A stretch of 64,000 nucleotides of DNA, from the NCBI GenBank assembly GCA_965197745.1, contig CBDANS010000007.1:160001-224000 (forward strand). The letters are read 5' to 3'. The position numbers and the translations under genes were made by a program. Positions 28,816 to 39,010 of the stretch are shown piece by piece; position 1 is the stretch's first letter, and every line of letters begins with the position of its first letter. Origin of the DNA: Opitutales bacterium. GTDB taxonomy: Bacteria > Verrucomicrobiota > Verrucomicrobiia > Opitutales > PNEW01. The notes under the pieces are model-generated. The model was not told the origin of the DNA. It made no database searches and saw nothing but the letters and a program-made list of their open reading frames with translations.

Positions 28816-29541
28816 CTATGGCGGCTTCCTCAATTTGAAATATTTCGAGGATAAATAATAATAAAAAACGGTCCACAGAATTTTAGATCCCGCTTTTATG
28901 GTTCCACTGATGGTTCCGGATATTTTTGATTGTCCCCCCTGTCTTGGTAAATAATTCATGGGGATTTCCTTTATGCGCAATCCGTGTTCAATAGCACGAA
29001 TCTGCATTTCAACCGTCCATCCATAATTCCGGTCGCGCATCTTCAGTGACTCGAGAGCTTGACGGCGGATGAAGCGCAGGGGTCCTAAATCGTGAAAACG
29101 AAATCCCCAACCCAGGTAGATAAGATATGTGGCAAAAGCATTACCAAAATTCTGGACTAAAGTCATGGCCCCGCGGCCTGACTTTGATTCGCGTCGGTTT
29201 GCCAGGATAAAATCAAAAGATTCTGCCACCTGGAAGAATTCAGGTAGCCTCTCGAGTTCGTCACTACCGTCGGCATCGCAGAAGAGGACCCATTCGCAGT
29301 TTGAGGGGAGTATTTGATACCCTGTCCAACAGGCACTACCATAACCTTTAGTCGGTTCGGAAATTACTTCGGCACCGGCTCTTTCTGCGACTGCCGCTGT
29401 ATTGTCAATACTGGCATTATCGACAACACGAATATTTTTAAGCCCAAGAGTTCGTAAACGCTCAACAACATTACCTACAGTTATCTCTTCATTGTAGGCA
29501 GGAATAATAACTTGTGTTATTTCCAGATTTATTCCGTTCAC
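28816..29541 (-). CDS. GT2 glycosyltransferase (polyprenol-phosphate glycosyltransferase-like)
   Basis: IPAYNEE, VDNAS.D, GYGSAC, DADGSD, DLGPLR, YGWTVEMQ, SKISGT. Confidence 0.9.
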   Translation of the reverse strand: MNGINLEITQVIIPAYNEEITVGNVVERLRTLGLKNIRVVDNASIDNTAAVAERAGAEVISEPTKGYGSACWTGYQILPSNCEWVLFCDADGSDELERLPEFFQVAESFDFILANRRESKSGRGAMTLVQNFGNAFATYLIYLGWGFRFHDLGPLRFIRRQALESLKMRDRNYGWTVEMQIRAIEHGLRIKEIPMNYLPRQGGQSKISGTISGTIKAGSKILWTVFYYYLSSKYFKLRKPP

Positions 29542-30863
29542 CTGTTTGTTTTAATCTTACGGTTTGCGACCAGCATAATGTCGAATATGATGGCCACAGC
29601 TATAGCCCCGAACTCAAGGGGTCTCAGCCAGACGGGGTGGTTGAAATCACCGAGTGAAGAGTCCCCAAGGTTCAACCCTGTGACATAACTTAAGCTTACG
29701 ACTATCAGCGCGGTTACTGACCAAATGCGCGGTCTAATCGCGATAAATGGGAGAAGCCAGGTCAAATACCAGGGATTGATAACCGGAGAAATCAGGAAAA
29801 AAAATCCGATGAGCACATCAAAGTGCAGCTCTCCTGAATCATTTTTTTTCCACTTCAAAAAAAGCCAGTAAAAAATCAGAGTAAATAGAAAGAGCCCAAT
29901 CATTTTTGCGGTGCCGGGTGAAAAAAATGTTTTAAATACAGCGTAGAGGGCAGCATTGAACTCCCAATATTGAAGAAAAACACGCAGGCCGCTCCACTCT
30001 GCGGTGCTATTTTGAGCAAGAAAAGGAACATAAAGGATAAAGAGGGTAAGGATGAAAGCAGCTAAACCGCGCAGACCAGCACGCCAGGCAAAAAAGGGTG
30101 CCGCCAATAAAGCAAAGGGTTTGGAGGCGACAGCAAGGCCACAGGTAACGAGGGATAGAATCCCCCGGCTGCGAACAAAGGCGATATATCCAGCAAAGAG
30201 GAATAAAGCGCCGACTACGTCCGGATGAGCATTAAAAGCGATTTCAAAAATAACCAGAGGACACCATGCGTAAAAGAGAAGTTGCCGCCGGTTGAAATAA
30301 ATTGCGAATAAAGCAATGAGTGCGATATCAGCAGCAATGAAGCAGAATTTAAGGGCGAGCAAATTTCCGGGAACAGCAATATAACTCAAGAGAAAGAGGC
30401 ACTCTAAAATGGGTCCGTATATTGTAGGAACTTGTGGATAATTTACATGGTCCAGCGTTTCTTGAATGAAGGAGGGTGTGTCAGGATTCGAGAAAAATTC
30501 CTGTGGTGCGAGATCATAGGGATTCCCGGTATTAGCAAAGACCCAGCCATCAAGGAGGAAACGATGAAAATCATTTTCATAAATGGGATCGGCAGCGATT
30601 CCAATAAGTCGGAATATGACAGCCCATAATATGATGATCCAAAGCTTTACGCGACTTTCACCGCTTCGGGACAAAAAGAAAAGGAGCAGGAAGATCGCCC
30701 ACGCTGTTCCCAGAATCCCTAAAAAACAGCTAAGAGGTAACGTGTTTTCCTGCTGCGAGAGATATGTGAGTCCGAAATAAAGAGCAGCGGTGGAGAATCC
30801 TCCAAGGTGTATTAACGCGACAGTCCAATTTCCATACGATCTCCGGCTTGGAACCACAGTCAT
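29538..30863 (-). CDS. Multi-pass GT-C fold glycosyltransferase (GT87/MptB-like)
   Basis: ENDFHRFL.DG....G.PY, TIYGP, WCPL...E...NAH.D, PWYL.W. Confidence 0.75.
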   Translation of the reverse strand: MTVVPSRRSYGNWTVALIHLGGFSTAALYFGLTYLSQQENTLPLSCFLGILGTAWAIFLLLFFLSRSGESRVKLWIIILWAVIFRLIGIAADPIYENDFHRFLLDGWVFANTGNPYDLAPQEFFSNPDTPSFIQETLDHVNYPQVPTIYGPILECLFLLSYIAVPGNLLALKFCFIAADIALIALFAIYFNRRQLLFYAWCPLVIFEIAFNAHPDVVGALFLFAGYIAFVRSRGILSLVTCGLAVASKPFALLAAPFFAWRAGLRGLAAFILTLFILYVPFLAQNSTAEWSGLRVFLQYWEFNAALYAVFKTFFSPGTAKMIGLFLFTLIFYWLFLKWKKNDSGELHFDVLIGFFFLISPVINPWYLTWLLPFIAIRPRIWSVTALIVVSLSYVTGLNLGDSSLGDFNHPVWLRPLEFGAIAVAIIFDIMLVANRKIKTNR

Positions 30864-30945
30864 CTATCAAAGTATAGAGAGAGCTACGGATGTCTCAACC
30901 ATAAATGCGCCAGCCACGAGCAGATACACTATTCAGATTTCGTTT

Positions 30946-31530
30946 TTATAAACGTTTTGCTTCCACGTAAATTTCGATTTCCACTTCATTGCCGACCACA
31001 CCCTGACCATAGGTGATTCCGAAATCTGTCCGATCAATCTTCGTCACCGCTTCCCATCCGGAAATGTAACTATCCCTGCTGCCTTTCCCGAAGCCCAGCA
31101 AGGTTACATTCATGACGACTTCCTTGGTAATATCCTTTATCGTGAGATTGCCGGTGACAGCATAAGTTTTCTCACCGGTGGTTTCCCACTTGGTGCTCTT
31201 AAATCTCATGGAGGGATATTCTGTAACTAGAAAAAAATCTTCGTTCTGCAAATGTTTGTCGCGTTTTGCATTATTAGTATCAACACTGGCGATAGTTATG
31301 ACTGCTTCAGTTTCGCTGTTTTCAATATTATCACGATCTACCTTAATGGTCCCCTTAAAATCGGCAAAATTACCGGGGACACGGGTGAAAAAGTGACGTA
31401 CTTTAAAATTTATCCCTGAATGAGCGTTGTCGATCTCGTAGGTTTCAAGAGCGGATTCAGCAGTGCCCGAGCCGAGACTGACGATCGCGATAAGAAGAAG
31501 GGTAAGTGAGGTTATGTAATATATTTTCAT
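30946..31530 (-). CDS. YceI family periplasmic protein
   Basis: YEID.AHS.I.FKVRH, SVDTNN.KRD.HL...DFF, IDRTDFGI. Confidence 0.93.
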   Translation of the reverse strand: MKIYYITSLTLLLIAIVSLGSGTAESALETYEIDNAHSGINFKVRHFFTRVPGNFADFKGTIKVDRDNIENSETEAVITIASVDTNNAKRDKHLQNEDFFLVTEYPSMRFKSTKWETTGEKTYAVTGNLTIKDITKEVVMNVTLLGFGKGSRDSYISGWEAVTKIDRTDFGITYGQGVVGNEVEIEIYVEAKRL

Positions 31531-31566
31531 TTGCCTGGTGTTTTAATTAAATAACGATGGTAACAA

Positions 31567-32346
31567 TTATAACAATTTTGCTAAGTCTTTGACATCCCCT
31601 TCAGTAGTCAGGAGGTAGAGTTGATCATTGCTTGTCCAGGTTGCGGTAGCATGATCATCATTTTTATGATACTTTGGGCTGGGCAGGTTTTCTGCGTATG
31701 GAAACTCGTCTCGCTTTGTCACGTATAAATGATAAACCTTATCCCCCTGGAAGCAAATCAGGCTTATTTGATGACCGCGCCAGGACATGGAGAGACAACC
31801 AATGCTATCCATAGGCTCAATTTTCGCAGGCAGAGTCATGGGGTACGGGGCATTCTTATTGGCAAGAAATTCCCGAAGGGCATTGACGTCATTATTCACA
31901 TAGTCGAGAGAAGTTAAAGATCGGGCGTGATCATTAACGGCCTGGACCAGATCTGACATTTGCGATTGTGCGCCTGGGGAAGGGGTTGGTTTTTTAAAGA
32001 GAACGATACTGAGAGCAAAGAGCGCAATAAAGCATGCCGCTACAGACCAGGTAAGCGACTTTCGCCACCAGATTATTTTAGAGTCATCGACAGGTTTCCC
32101 GAATCCAGTGTCAGCTTCTGATAAGGGCATATTGTCGATGATCTTATCCTTGAGATCAAGGGGTGGGTCAATAGCCTGTAACTTTTGGGCGAAGCTCTGA
32201 TCAAAGGACATTTCCTCTTCCAACCAGGCTTTTAGTTCCGAATCACTCTCTACCAGTTGAAAAGCTTCCTTGAATAGAGGATCACTGGTATCGTCGAGGT
32301 GTGGGCGATAGGTTTGAAGAACAGATTTTGCTTCTTCCTTATTCAT
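31567..32346 (-). CDS. Probable transmembrane anti-sigma factor
   Basis: Directly downstream of the ECF sigma; N-terminal helical domain, one TM helix, extracytoplasmic domain. Confidence 0.65.
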   Translation of the reverse strand: MNKEEAKSVLQTYRPHLDDTSDPLFKEAFQLVESDSELKAWLEEEMSFDQSFAQKLQAIDPPLDLKDKIIDNMPLSEADTGFGKPVDDSKIIWWRKSLTWSVAACFIALFALSIVLFKKPTPSPGAQSQMSDLVQAVNDHARSLTSLDYVNNDVNALREFLANKNAPYPMTLPAKIEPMDSIGCLSMSWRGHQISLICFQGDKVYHLYVTKRDEFPYAENLPSPKYHKNDDHATATWTSNDQLYLLTTEGDVKDLAKLL

Positions 32347-32360
32347 GTTCAAAGATGGGG

Positions 32361-32891
32361 TTAATCTTTATTTAAATTATTTGATTTTTTTAAAAGTGCT
32401 TTTCTAAGCTGAGTTTTACCTCTGGAGAGGCGGGACATCACCGTCCCTATGGGTAAATCCAACGATTCGGCAATTTCCTTGTAAGACAAATCTTCCAGAT
32501 AAAATAAAGTCAAAGGCACCCGATAAATTTCATCTACTTCGGACAGGGTCCTGACAGCGCTGCTCGCATCCAGCGATGTAACAATATCATGTGTGGTGGC
32601 TGGCATCTCGGACTCCAATGCTTCCGGTTCATAATTGGTCATCAGGTTGCTTCTGCGACGGACCCTAAGAAATTCTCGGTAGAGGGTAGTGAAAAGCCAG
32701 GATTTAACCTTAGAGGAATCGCGCAATGAGGACCCTTTCGTGGCCCAAATATAAAATGCCTGTTGCGTCAGATCAGCGGCATCCTCCTGGTTACCTGCTA
32801 GGCTGTAAGCAAAACGGTATAATGGTTTATAGTAAGTGTTCACTAAATGGGTGAAATCCAGGGTGTTCTTATCGTCCTTAGGAGTGCTCAT
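32361..32891 (-). CDS. ECF sigma-70 factor
   Basis: DAADLTQQAF, KSWLF, LSYKEIAESL.LPIGTVMSRLSRG. Confidence 0.95.
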   Translation of the reverse strand: MSTPKDDKNTLDFTHLVNTYYKPLYRFAYSLAGNQEDAADLTQQAFYIWATKGSSLRDSSKVKSWLFTTLYREFLRVRRRSNLMTNYEPEALESEMPATTHDIVTSLDASSAVRTLSEVDEIYRVPLTLFYLEDLSYKEIAESLDLPIGTVMSRLSRGKTQLRKALLKKSNNLNKD

Positions 32892-32941
32892 ATCCTTGAA
32901 TTATTCCCGATGGTGCAATCTTTCTACTGGTAGACTTAATA

Positions 32942-34030
32942 TTATAATATCAGCATGGCATCTCCGTAACTGTAAAAACGGTAATTCTTCTCTATAGCTC
33001 TACGATATATCGCTTTCAACCATTTAATGCCATCAGCATCATCCGGAGAGAGAAAAGCGGCCACCAGGCATAAGAGAGTCGAACGAGGAAGATGAAAATT
33101 TGTCAAAAGGGCATCGGTGCTCATAAAAGTAGAGGGAGGGTAGATAAAAAGGCCTGTTTCTGAATGAAAATCTGCATCGATATTTGCAGGATCCTGTTCA
33201 ATTCCCATCGTTTTATGCCAATAGTCTTCCATCGTTCTAACCGAAGTTGTCCCTACGGCAAGGCGCGTTCCGATGGACTTTGATTTAAGGGCGCGGCATG
33301 TTGCGGCGGGAATTTCATAGTATTCCCGATGAATGATGTGGTCTTCTATGATCGCTGTAGAAATCGGTCGAAAAGTATCCAATCCGACATGCAGGGTAAG
33401 GTTAAAACTTTGAACATTTTTCTTTTCGAGAGCATTTAAAATTGCGGGAGTAAAATGAAGACCGGCGGTGGGAGCAGCAGCAGCGACTTTTTTTTCGGGG
33501 TCGGCATAGACGGTCTGATAGCGTTGAAGATCGAATGCTTTATGAGGGTCACGGTCATTTCGATGAATATAGGGAGGCAAGGGCAATGTCCCAATGCGTT
33601 CGGCAAGACGCACAATTGATTCATTAAGTTCGGGAACTATTTTTACGCGACACTCACCCGATTTTAATTTTTCCATTACGGTTGCGTGAAACTGGCCTTG
33701 CAAACTGAAATCAGAACCGGGATGCAGTTTACGGGCTGGTTTAAGCAGGCACCACCACACTCGGGAATCTTTTGTGGGATGGAGCAAGAGACATTCAACT
33801 TTGCCGCCATGGGGACGTTGTGCATAAAGACGCGCTTTCAGAACGGTCGCATTGTTTCGAAAAATAGAGCAAGACTCAGGTAACAGTTTCGGTAAATCGA
33901 AGAATCTATGATCTTCAATATTCCCGGTCTGGCGATTAACGACGAGAAGTCGAGAATCATCTCTCTTTTCAGTGGGAAATTGCGCAATCAAACCTTCCGG
34001 GAGATCGTATTCAAATAAAGAAGTATCCAA
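32942..34030 (-). CDS. queA: S-adenosylmethionine:tRNA ribosyltransferase-isomerase
   Basis: FEYDLP..LIAQ, PLPPYI, AAPTAGLHF, AVGTTSVR, TNFHLPRSTL, YRFYSYGDAM. Confidence 0.97.
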   Translation of the reverse strand: MDTSLFEYDLPEGLIAQFPTEKRDDSRLLVVNRQTGNIEDHRFFDLPKLLPESCSIFRNNATVLKARLYAQRPHGGKVECLLLHPTKDSRVWWCLLKPARKLHPGSDFSLQGQFHATVMEKLKSGECRVKIVPELNESIVRLAERIGTLPLPPYIHRNDRDPHKAFDLQRYQTVYADPEKKVAAAAPTAGLHFTPAILNALEKKNVQSFNLTLHVGLDTFRPISTAIIEDHIIHREYYEIPAATCRALKSKSIGTRLAVGTTSVRTMEDYWHKTMGIEQDPANIDADFHSETGLFIYPPSTFMSTDALLTNFHLPRSTLLCLVAAFLSPDDADGIKWLKAIYRRAIEKNYRFYSYGDAMLIL

Positions 34031-34144
34031 TGTTATGTTAATGAATCAGGTTTGCTTTATCGTTCCGTTCACGAGGGGAAAAGTTAAAAAACGTAAAATC
34101 CGATTTCGCTTTTCAACTCTAATAAATTGCATTATAGGAATATT

Positions 34145-34588
34145 ATGAATGATCGAGAAGATAAGGTAAGCAATCTTCTAATGCTGTGCCGCAAAAAGGG
34201 GATGAGAATAACCTCGGTTCTGGAAAAAATACTCCCCCTGCTTGCCAGTAAGGAGGGTCCCGTAACCGTTAAGTCGCTTTTTGAGTCAAAAAATATCAAA
34301 GGGAGCTGTGACCCGGCGACGGTTTACAGGTTACTTCAAAAGCTGGAGGAGAAGGGTATTATTCGCAAGTTAGGGCTTCACGACCGCTCAACACATTTTA
34401 TCTTAAATAACGAGGAACAGCACCATGACTATGTTGTTTGTATCGACTGTGGTGAGGTTGAAACGCTGGGAATGGCCTGCCCCGTAGAGGATCTGGAAAA
34501 TAAAGTCAGCAAAAGCACCGGCTTTCAAAATGTTTACCATGAACTGCAATTCTATGGGGTATGCCCAGAGTGTGCTGATAATAAATAG
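34145..34588 (+). CDS. Fur-family metal-responsive regulator
   Basis: ATVYRLL, HHDYVVC..CG, C-terminal CPEC. Confidence 0.9.
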   Translation: MNDREDKVSNLLMLCRKKGMRITSVLEKILPLLASKEGPVTVKSLFESKNIKGSCDPATVYRLLQKLEEKGIIRKLGLHDRSTHFILNNEEQHHDYVVCIDCGEVETLGMACPVEDLENKVSKSTGFQNVYHELQFYGVCPECADNK

Positions 34589-34637
34589 CAGAATACGGCA
34601 TTTTCCCATCGGTTCGCATTCGATGGCAGCATCGCTA

Positions 34638-35495
34638 TTATGTTGAAATATCGAAAGCTCCTTTTTCCCGCAGCCAGTCGATCCACCTTTGTCTAATGGG
34701 GCTTCTCTCAGGATTGGCAATCCAGGTGGGGGGATACTGAGGATCGTCAGGTGAATTTCTTTTTCTAATCCGTCTATTAGCTTCCAGCATTTTCTGCGTC
34801 GCCTTCTCTTCTTCCGTTGTTTCGGGGTTTTTATGAAAGCTGCAACCGACGGCTCGGCGGTCTTTTGAACCGCCCCACGTGGCATGCCAGAGTTTCCCTT
34901 GAAAAATAACGACATCGCCCGGTTCTGATTTACACGCGTAAGCGGGTATCTCATTTAAACCCAACCCCGATCTGCTCAAATAAGAATCATCCGATTCCGG
35001 ACCTTCATTAGATCCCATCAGCCCGATTCTGTGGAGTTCCTCATTAAAAGGGCTTAAGTGAGAGCCAGGGATAACACGTAGCGCGCCACTGTTTGTATCA
35101 AGGGGTTGTAAATATAAATGAAATTTTGCTGAATACCAATGAGGGACATCAGTATCGGGATGCCAGGGTGTACGATCGCCCGAGAAGTGATTGGCCGTTG
35201 AAAATAATGCGACGGCACCCTTACCCAGGAGTTGTTCAGCTGCACCGCATATCCGCGGGTCTTCCGGTAGCTTTTCTAAATAGGGAGTTTCTGGACTGAA
35301 ATTTGACCAGTTCATTTGTCCTCGTGCGCCCCGCGGCTTCGTATTTTTCCCCCTGGTGACCTTAAGGCCATAATCATATTCTTCGTTTATTTGTTTTAGA
35401 TCATCCGCGTCAAAGACTGAACGTAGAAGGATGAACCCAAAAGTATTAAAATGTTCGACCTGTTGTTCGGTCAAAATTTTATTTTCCTTTATCAT
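34638..35495 (-). CDS. PhyH-family Fe(II)/2OG dioxygenase
   Basis: WHPD, GALRVIPGSH, PGDVVIF...WHA.....R. Confidence 0.88.
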   Translation of the reverse strand: MIKENKILTEQQVEHFNTFGFILLRSVFDADDLKQINEEYDYGLKVTRGKNTKPRGARGQMNWSNFSPETPYLEKLPEDPRICGAAEQLLGKGAVALFSTANHFSGDRTPWHPDTDVPHWYSAKFHLYLQPLDTNSGALRVIPGSHLSPFNEELHRIGLMGSNEGPESDDSYLSRSGLGLNEIPAYACKSEPGDVVIFQGKLWHATWGGSKDRRAVGCSFHKNPETTEEEKATQKMLEANRRIRKRNSPDDPQYPPTWIANPERSPIRQRWIDWLREKGAFDIST

Positions 35496-35647
35496 ATTAT
35501 AAAAATAAATTCGAAGACCAGCAGGAGTCAAGCAGGATGGAGGAACAGGGTGATCTTAAAAATCAGCTTGCATAAGATATTTGATAAAACGTAAATGCAG
35601 CGACGATACACAGTGTAATACCTAATTCACTTAAAAGAAAAGAGATT

Positions 35648-38248
35648 ATGTTACTCCGAGTTTTAACCATTACTATTAAAACGATCATTAGAATATCGAA
35701 TAAAATAACTCTAAGCTTATACTTTTGTCTGAGTATAACCTTTACCCCTCTTGCTGCTGATGTTGGAGAAATAAAAAATGAAAATCATTTTAAAGGAAGT
35801 GAATTACCTCCTTTTCCGGTTACGGAAGCTATCCATGAACACACTGGTCTAAGCGGGGCATTTGCCGGTGTTCATAACGGCGTTTACATAATTGCTGGAG
35901 GTATTCGCGATGATAATAGTTTAACCGATGAGGGAGCAAAATTCTGGAGTGATAATATATATGTCCTGGAAAAAACGGGAACGGGCAGCTATCAATGGAA
36001 TGTCCAGGGATCTTTTAAGTTACCACGACCCCTTGCTCACGGCGTAGCGATAACGACAACGAAGGGCGTTTTATGCATAGGCGGCAGTGATGAAAAAGAA
36101 TGCTATTCAGATGTATTTCTTCTAAGATGGAACAGCGCCGGACAGCGAATTGAGATCGAGACATTACCGTCGTTACCGCGACCACTGGCTTTTATGAGCG
36201 GTGCTAAACTCGGTTCGTCAGTATTTCTCGCAGGGGGTCAGGAATCAATTGAAGAGGCGCGCGCGACAGATAATTTCTGGGTCCTCGATCTGGAAAAGAC
36301 AAACGAAGATTTATTCCAATGGCGTGAGCTTGATTCCTGGCCGGGACCTGTGCGAGTCGATGCGGTAGCGGTTGAGCAAAGCGATGGTGCAACTGACGCA
36401 TTTTATCTTTTCGGAGGGCGATCCCTGGACCCTGGAATGGAAGACAGTGAGCTAATGGATAACTACCACTATAATCCCAATACGGGAGTGTGGAAACGCA
36501 TTGCTGATCTAAAATCAGATTATTCTCTGAGTGGCGCTTCCGGATTACCTTACGGCGCTAATCATATTTTATTTTTCCGAGGAGCGGGACAACAAATCCT
36601 GGCCTATCATACGATTATCGATGCCTGGGTCGGTGTTTCAGATCCTCCGTCTCAGGGCCGGTTATCTTCAAATGTTGTTCGGTGGGACAATGCTTATGTC
36701 TTCCCCGTGGCGACACTTGAGGAAGGGAGGAAAACCACGAAATTCTGGAAGATCGAACACCAGATTATTCGCAAGTTTGGCTGGTTGAACTACACGGTCC
36801 TCATCCTCTTTTTTATCGTGCTCATAATTATGGGATGGTTCTTTTCCAAACGCGAAAAAAGCACGGATAATTTTTTTAAAGCGGGGAAACGTGTTCCGTG
36901 GTGGGCAGCGGGAATAAGTATTATCGGGACCGGACTAAGCGCCCTCACTTTTATGGCGGTCCCCGCCAAAGCCTTCGCTACGGACTGGCTTTATTATTTC
37001 GGTTATCTTTTTGGACCTCTCCTTGCCCCCGTCATTATCTATGCCTTTCTTCCTTTTTTTCGCCGACTCAATGTTACCACTGCCTATGAATACCTTGAAT
37101 TGCGGTTCAACCTGTCAGTCCGACTGATCAGCAGCATTACTTTTATTTTATTCCAGATCGGTCGCGTCAGCGTCATATTACTGCTACCCTCGATCGCACT
37201 TTCGGTTGCGACGGGTATCAATATCTTTCTCTCGATCACGGTATTAGGAATAATCTCAACGGTCTATACAGTAATGGGCGGGATTGAAGCCGTGATCTGG
37301 ACAGATGTGATTCAGGTTATTATTCTTTTTTTGGGAGCAATTATCAGCCTGATTATAGTTGTCTTCTACATGGACGGTGATTTTTCAGGAATGTATATAA
37401 CCGCGATGGAGAATAATAAACTTCACATCGTAGATTTTGCTTTTGATCTGACTATAGTGACATTCTGGGCGATCATTTTCAGTATACCTGCCGGGCTTTC
37501 AGCGGTTGCGGACCAGGCTACAATCCAACGCTATCTGACCACCAAGAATGAGAAAGATGCAGCTAAAAGTATCTGGATGACGCAATTGATAGGTCCTTTC
37601 TCGGGATTACTTTTTTTTGTCATCGGGACTGCGCTCTACTTGTTTTATAAAGCACATCCCGCAAAACTCACTCCGGGTCTTGAACAGACTGATGCTACTT
37701 TCCCTCTCTTTATTGTGACCGAGATGCCGGCGGGAATATCGGGATTGATCATTGCCGCAATTTTCGCCGCCGCGATGTCCAGCCTCGACAGCAGTATCCA
37801 CAGCTCATCAACGGCGATCGTCACTGATTTCTACCGACGGCTGAAAAACGAAGTATCTGATGAGCAATGTCTACGATTAGCGCGATGGTTGACTGCGTTA
37901 TTTGGGGTCTTCGGCACCAGCCTCGCTCTTTACATGGGCCAATTCGACATCAAGTCGCTATGGGACATATTTATCCAAATTGGAAATCTATTGACCGGCG
38001 GATTAACCGGGATTTTTGTCCTCGCGGTATTTACGAAGCGAACTCATGCGACCGGTGTTCTCGTAGGATTTTTTGCCAGCGCGATAATTCTGTACCTCTT
38101 TAAAAGTCATACAAATGTGCATTTTTGGTGGTATACTATAACGGGCATGAGCAGTTGCCTTGTTGTCGGTTATCTTACCAGTTTGATAATTCCCTCCAGG
38201 ATAAAATCCCTGGAAGGGCTCACTATTTATAGCATGCCAAAAGAGTAG
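35648..38248 (+). CDS. Kelch (NanM/mutarotase-like) domain fused to a sodium:solute symporter
   Basis: N-terminal AGG/GG Kelch repeats; C-terminal SSS motifs FFKAG..VPWW, TAYEYLE.RF, GGIEAVIWTDVIQ, DQ..IQRYL, AAAMSSLDS. Confidence 0.9.
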   Translation: MLLRVLTITIKTIIRISNKITLSLYFCLSITFTPLAADVGEIKNENHFKGSELPPFPVTEAIHEHTGLSGAFAGVHNGVYIIAGGIRDDNSLTDEGAKFWSDNIYVLEKTGTGSYQWNVQGSFKLPRPLAHGVAITTTKGVLCIGGSDEKECYSDVFLLRWNSAGQRIEIETLPSLPRPLAFMSGAKLGSSVFLAGGQESIEEARATDNFWVLDLEKTNEDLFQWRELDSWPGPVRVDAVAVEQSDGATDAFYLFGGRSLDPGMEDSELMDNYHYNPNTGVWKRIADLKSDYSLSGASGLPYGANHILFFRGAGQQILAYHTIIDAWVGVSDPPSQGRLSSNVVRWDNAYVFPVATLEEGRKTTKFWKIEHQIIRKFGWLNYTVLILFFIVLIIMGWFFSKREKSTDNFFKAGKRVPWWAAGISIIGTGLSALTFMAVPAKAFATDWLYYFGYLFGPLLAPVIIYAFLPFFRRLNVTTAYEYLELRFNLSVRLISSITFILFQIGRVSVILLLPSIALSVATGINIFLSITVLGIISTVYTVMGGIEAVIWTDVIQVIILFLGAIISLIIVVFYMDGDFSGMYITAMENNKLHIVDFAFDLTIVTFWAIIFSIPAGLSAVADQATIQRYLTTKNEKDAAKSIWMTQLIGPFSGLLFFVIGTALYLFYKAHPAKLTPGLEQTDATFPLFIVTEMPAGISGLIIAAIFAAAMSSLDSSIHSSSTAIVTDFYRRLKNEVSDEQCLRLARWLTALFGVFGTSLALYMGQFDIKSLWDIFIQIGNLLTGGLTGIFVLAVFTKRTHATGVLVGFFASAIILYLFKSHTNVHFWWYTITGMSSCLVVGYLTSLIIPSRIKSLEGLTIYSMPKE

Positions 38249-38373
38249 ACTAATCGCTTACTCATTGCTCATTTGTGGATTAATATCCTCAACGAATAGA
38301 GCTAAATGGCACTTGAAAGTAATATGCGTCTATTATAAGTTCTTTAACCCAGAAGTATTAATCAGCGATCAAT

Positions 38374-38946
38374 ATGAAGCGGTCAGAAATCAATCAGTCT
38401 TTTCTCTCAGCAAAAAAATGCTTCGCGAAAAATGGCTGGGCCTTACCACCCAATGCAAAATGGGACGTAACCGATTTCGGTTTGGGTGAATTTTCACGCT
38501 TTGGGCTGACCCTGGTCAATCTTGCGGAAGAGGGTGAGTATTGTGAAAAGATCATGTACGTGAAAAAAAATCAGATTACGCCTTCTCATTGTCATAAAAA
38601 AAAGAAGGAAGATATCATTAGTCGACATGGGGAACTGGCAATTGTTGTTTGGCCTCGGCATCCCGAAAAATCAAAAGAGGGTGAACATTTTAAAGTCAAT
38701 GTGAACGGATCACCGCGTGAGGTGACATCGGGAGAAAAAATAAGTCTGAAATCAGGTGAGCGGGTTACTTTGATTCCAGGTGTCTACCACGAATTTTATG
38801 CTGAAAGTGAAGAATGCATGATCGGTGAAGTATCAACGGCTAATGATGATCTACACGACAATTTTTTTATTAATCCGGAAATTGGTCGTTTCCCAGGTGT
38901 TGAAGAAGATGATGAACCCTTAGTCAGTTTAGTCAGTGATAAATAA
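38374..38946 (+). CDS. D-lyxose/D-mannose family sugar isomerase (cupin)
   Basis: MKRSEIN, WDVTDFGLG.F, YCEK, P.H.H..K.EDI, GEVSTANDD..DN.F. Confidence 0.9.
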   Translation: MKRSEINQSFLSAKKCFAKNGWALPPNAKWDVTDFGLGEFSRFGLTLVNLAEEGEYCEKIMYVKKNQITPSHCHKKKKEDIISRHGELAIVVWPRHPEKSKEGEHFKVNVNGSPREVTSGEKISLKSGERVTLIPGVYHEFYAESEECMIGEVSTANDDLHDNFFINPEIGRFPGVEEDDEPLVSLVSDK

Positions 38947-39010
38947 AATCAATGGCATCGAGGCACCGATGACCTGATCCTGTGGGGTAAACCATAAATG
39001 GAGCAGAGTT

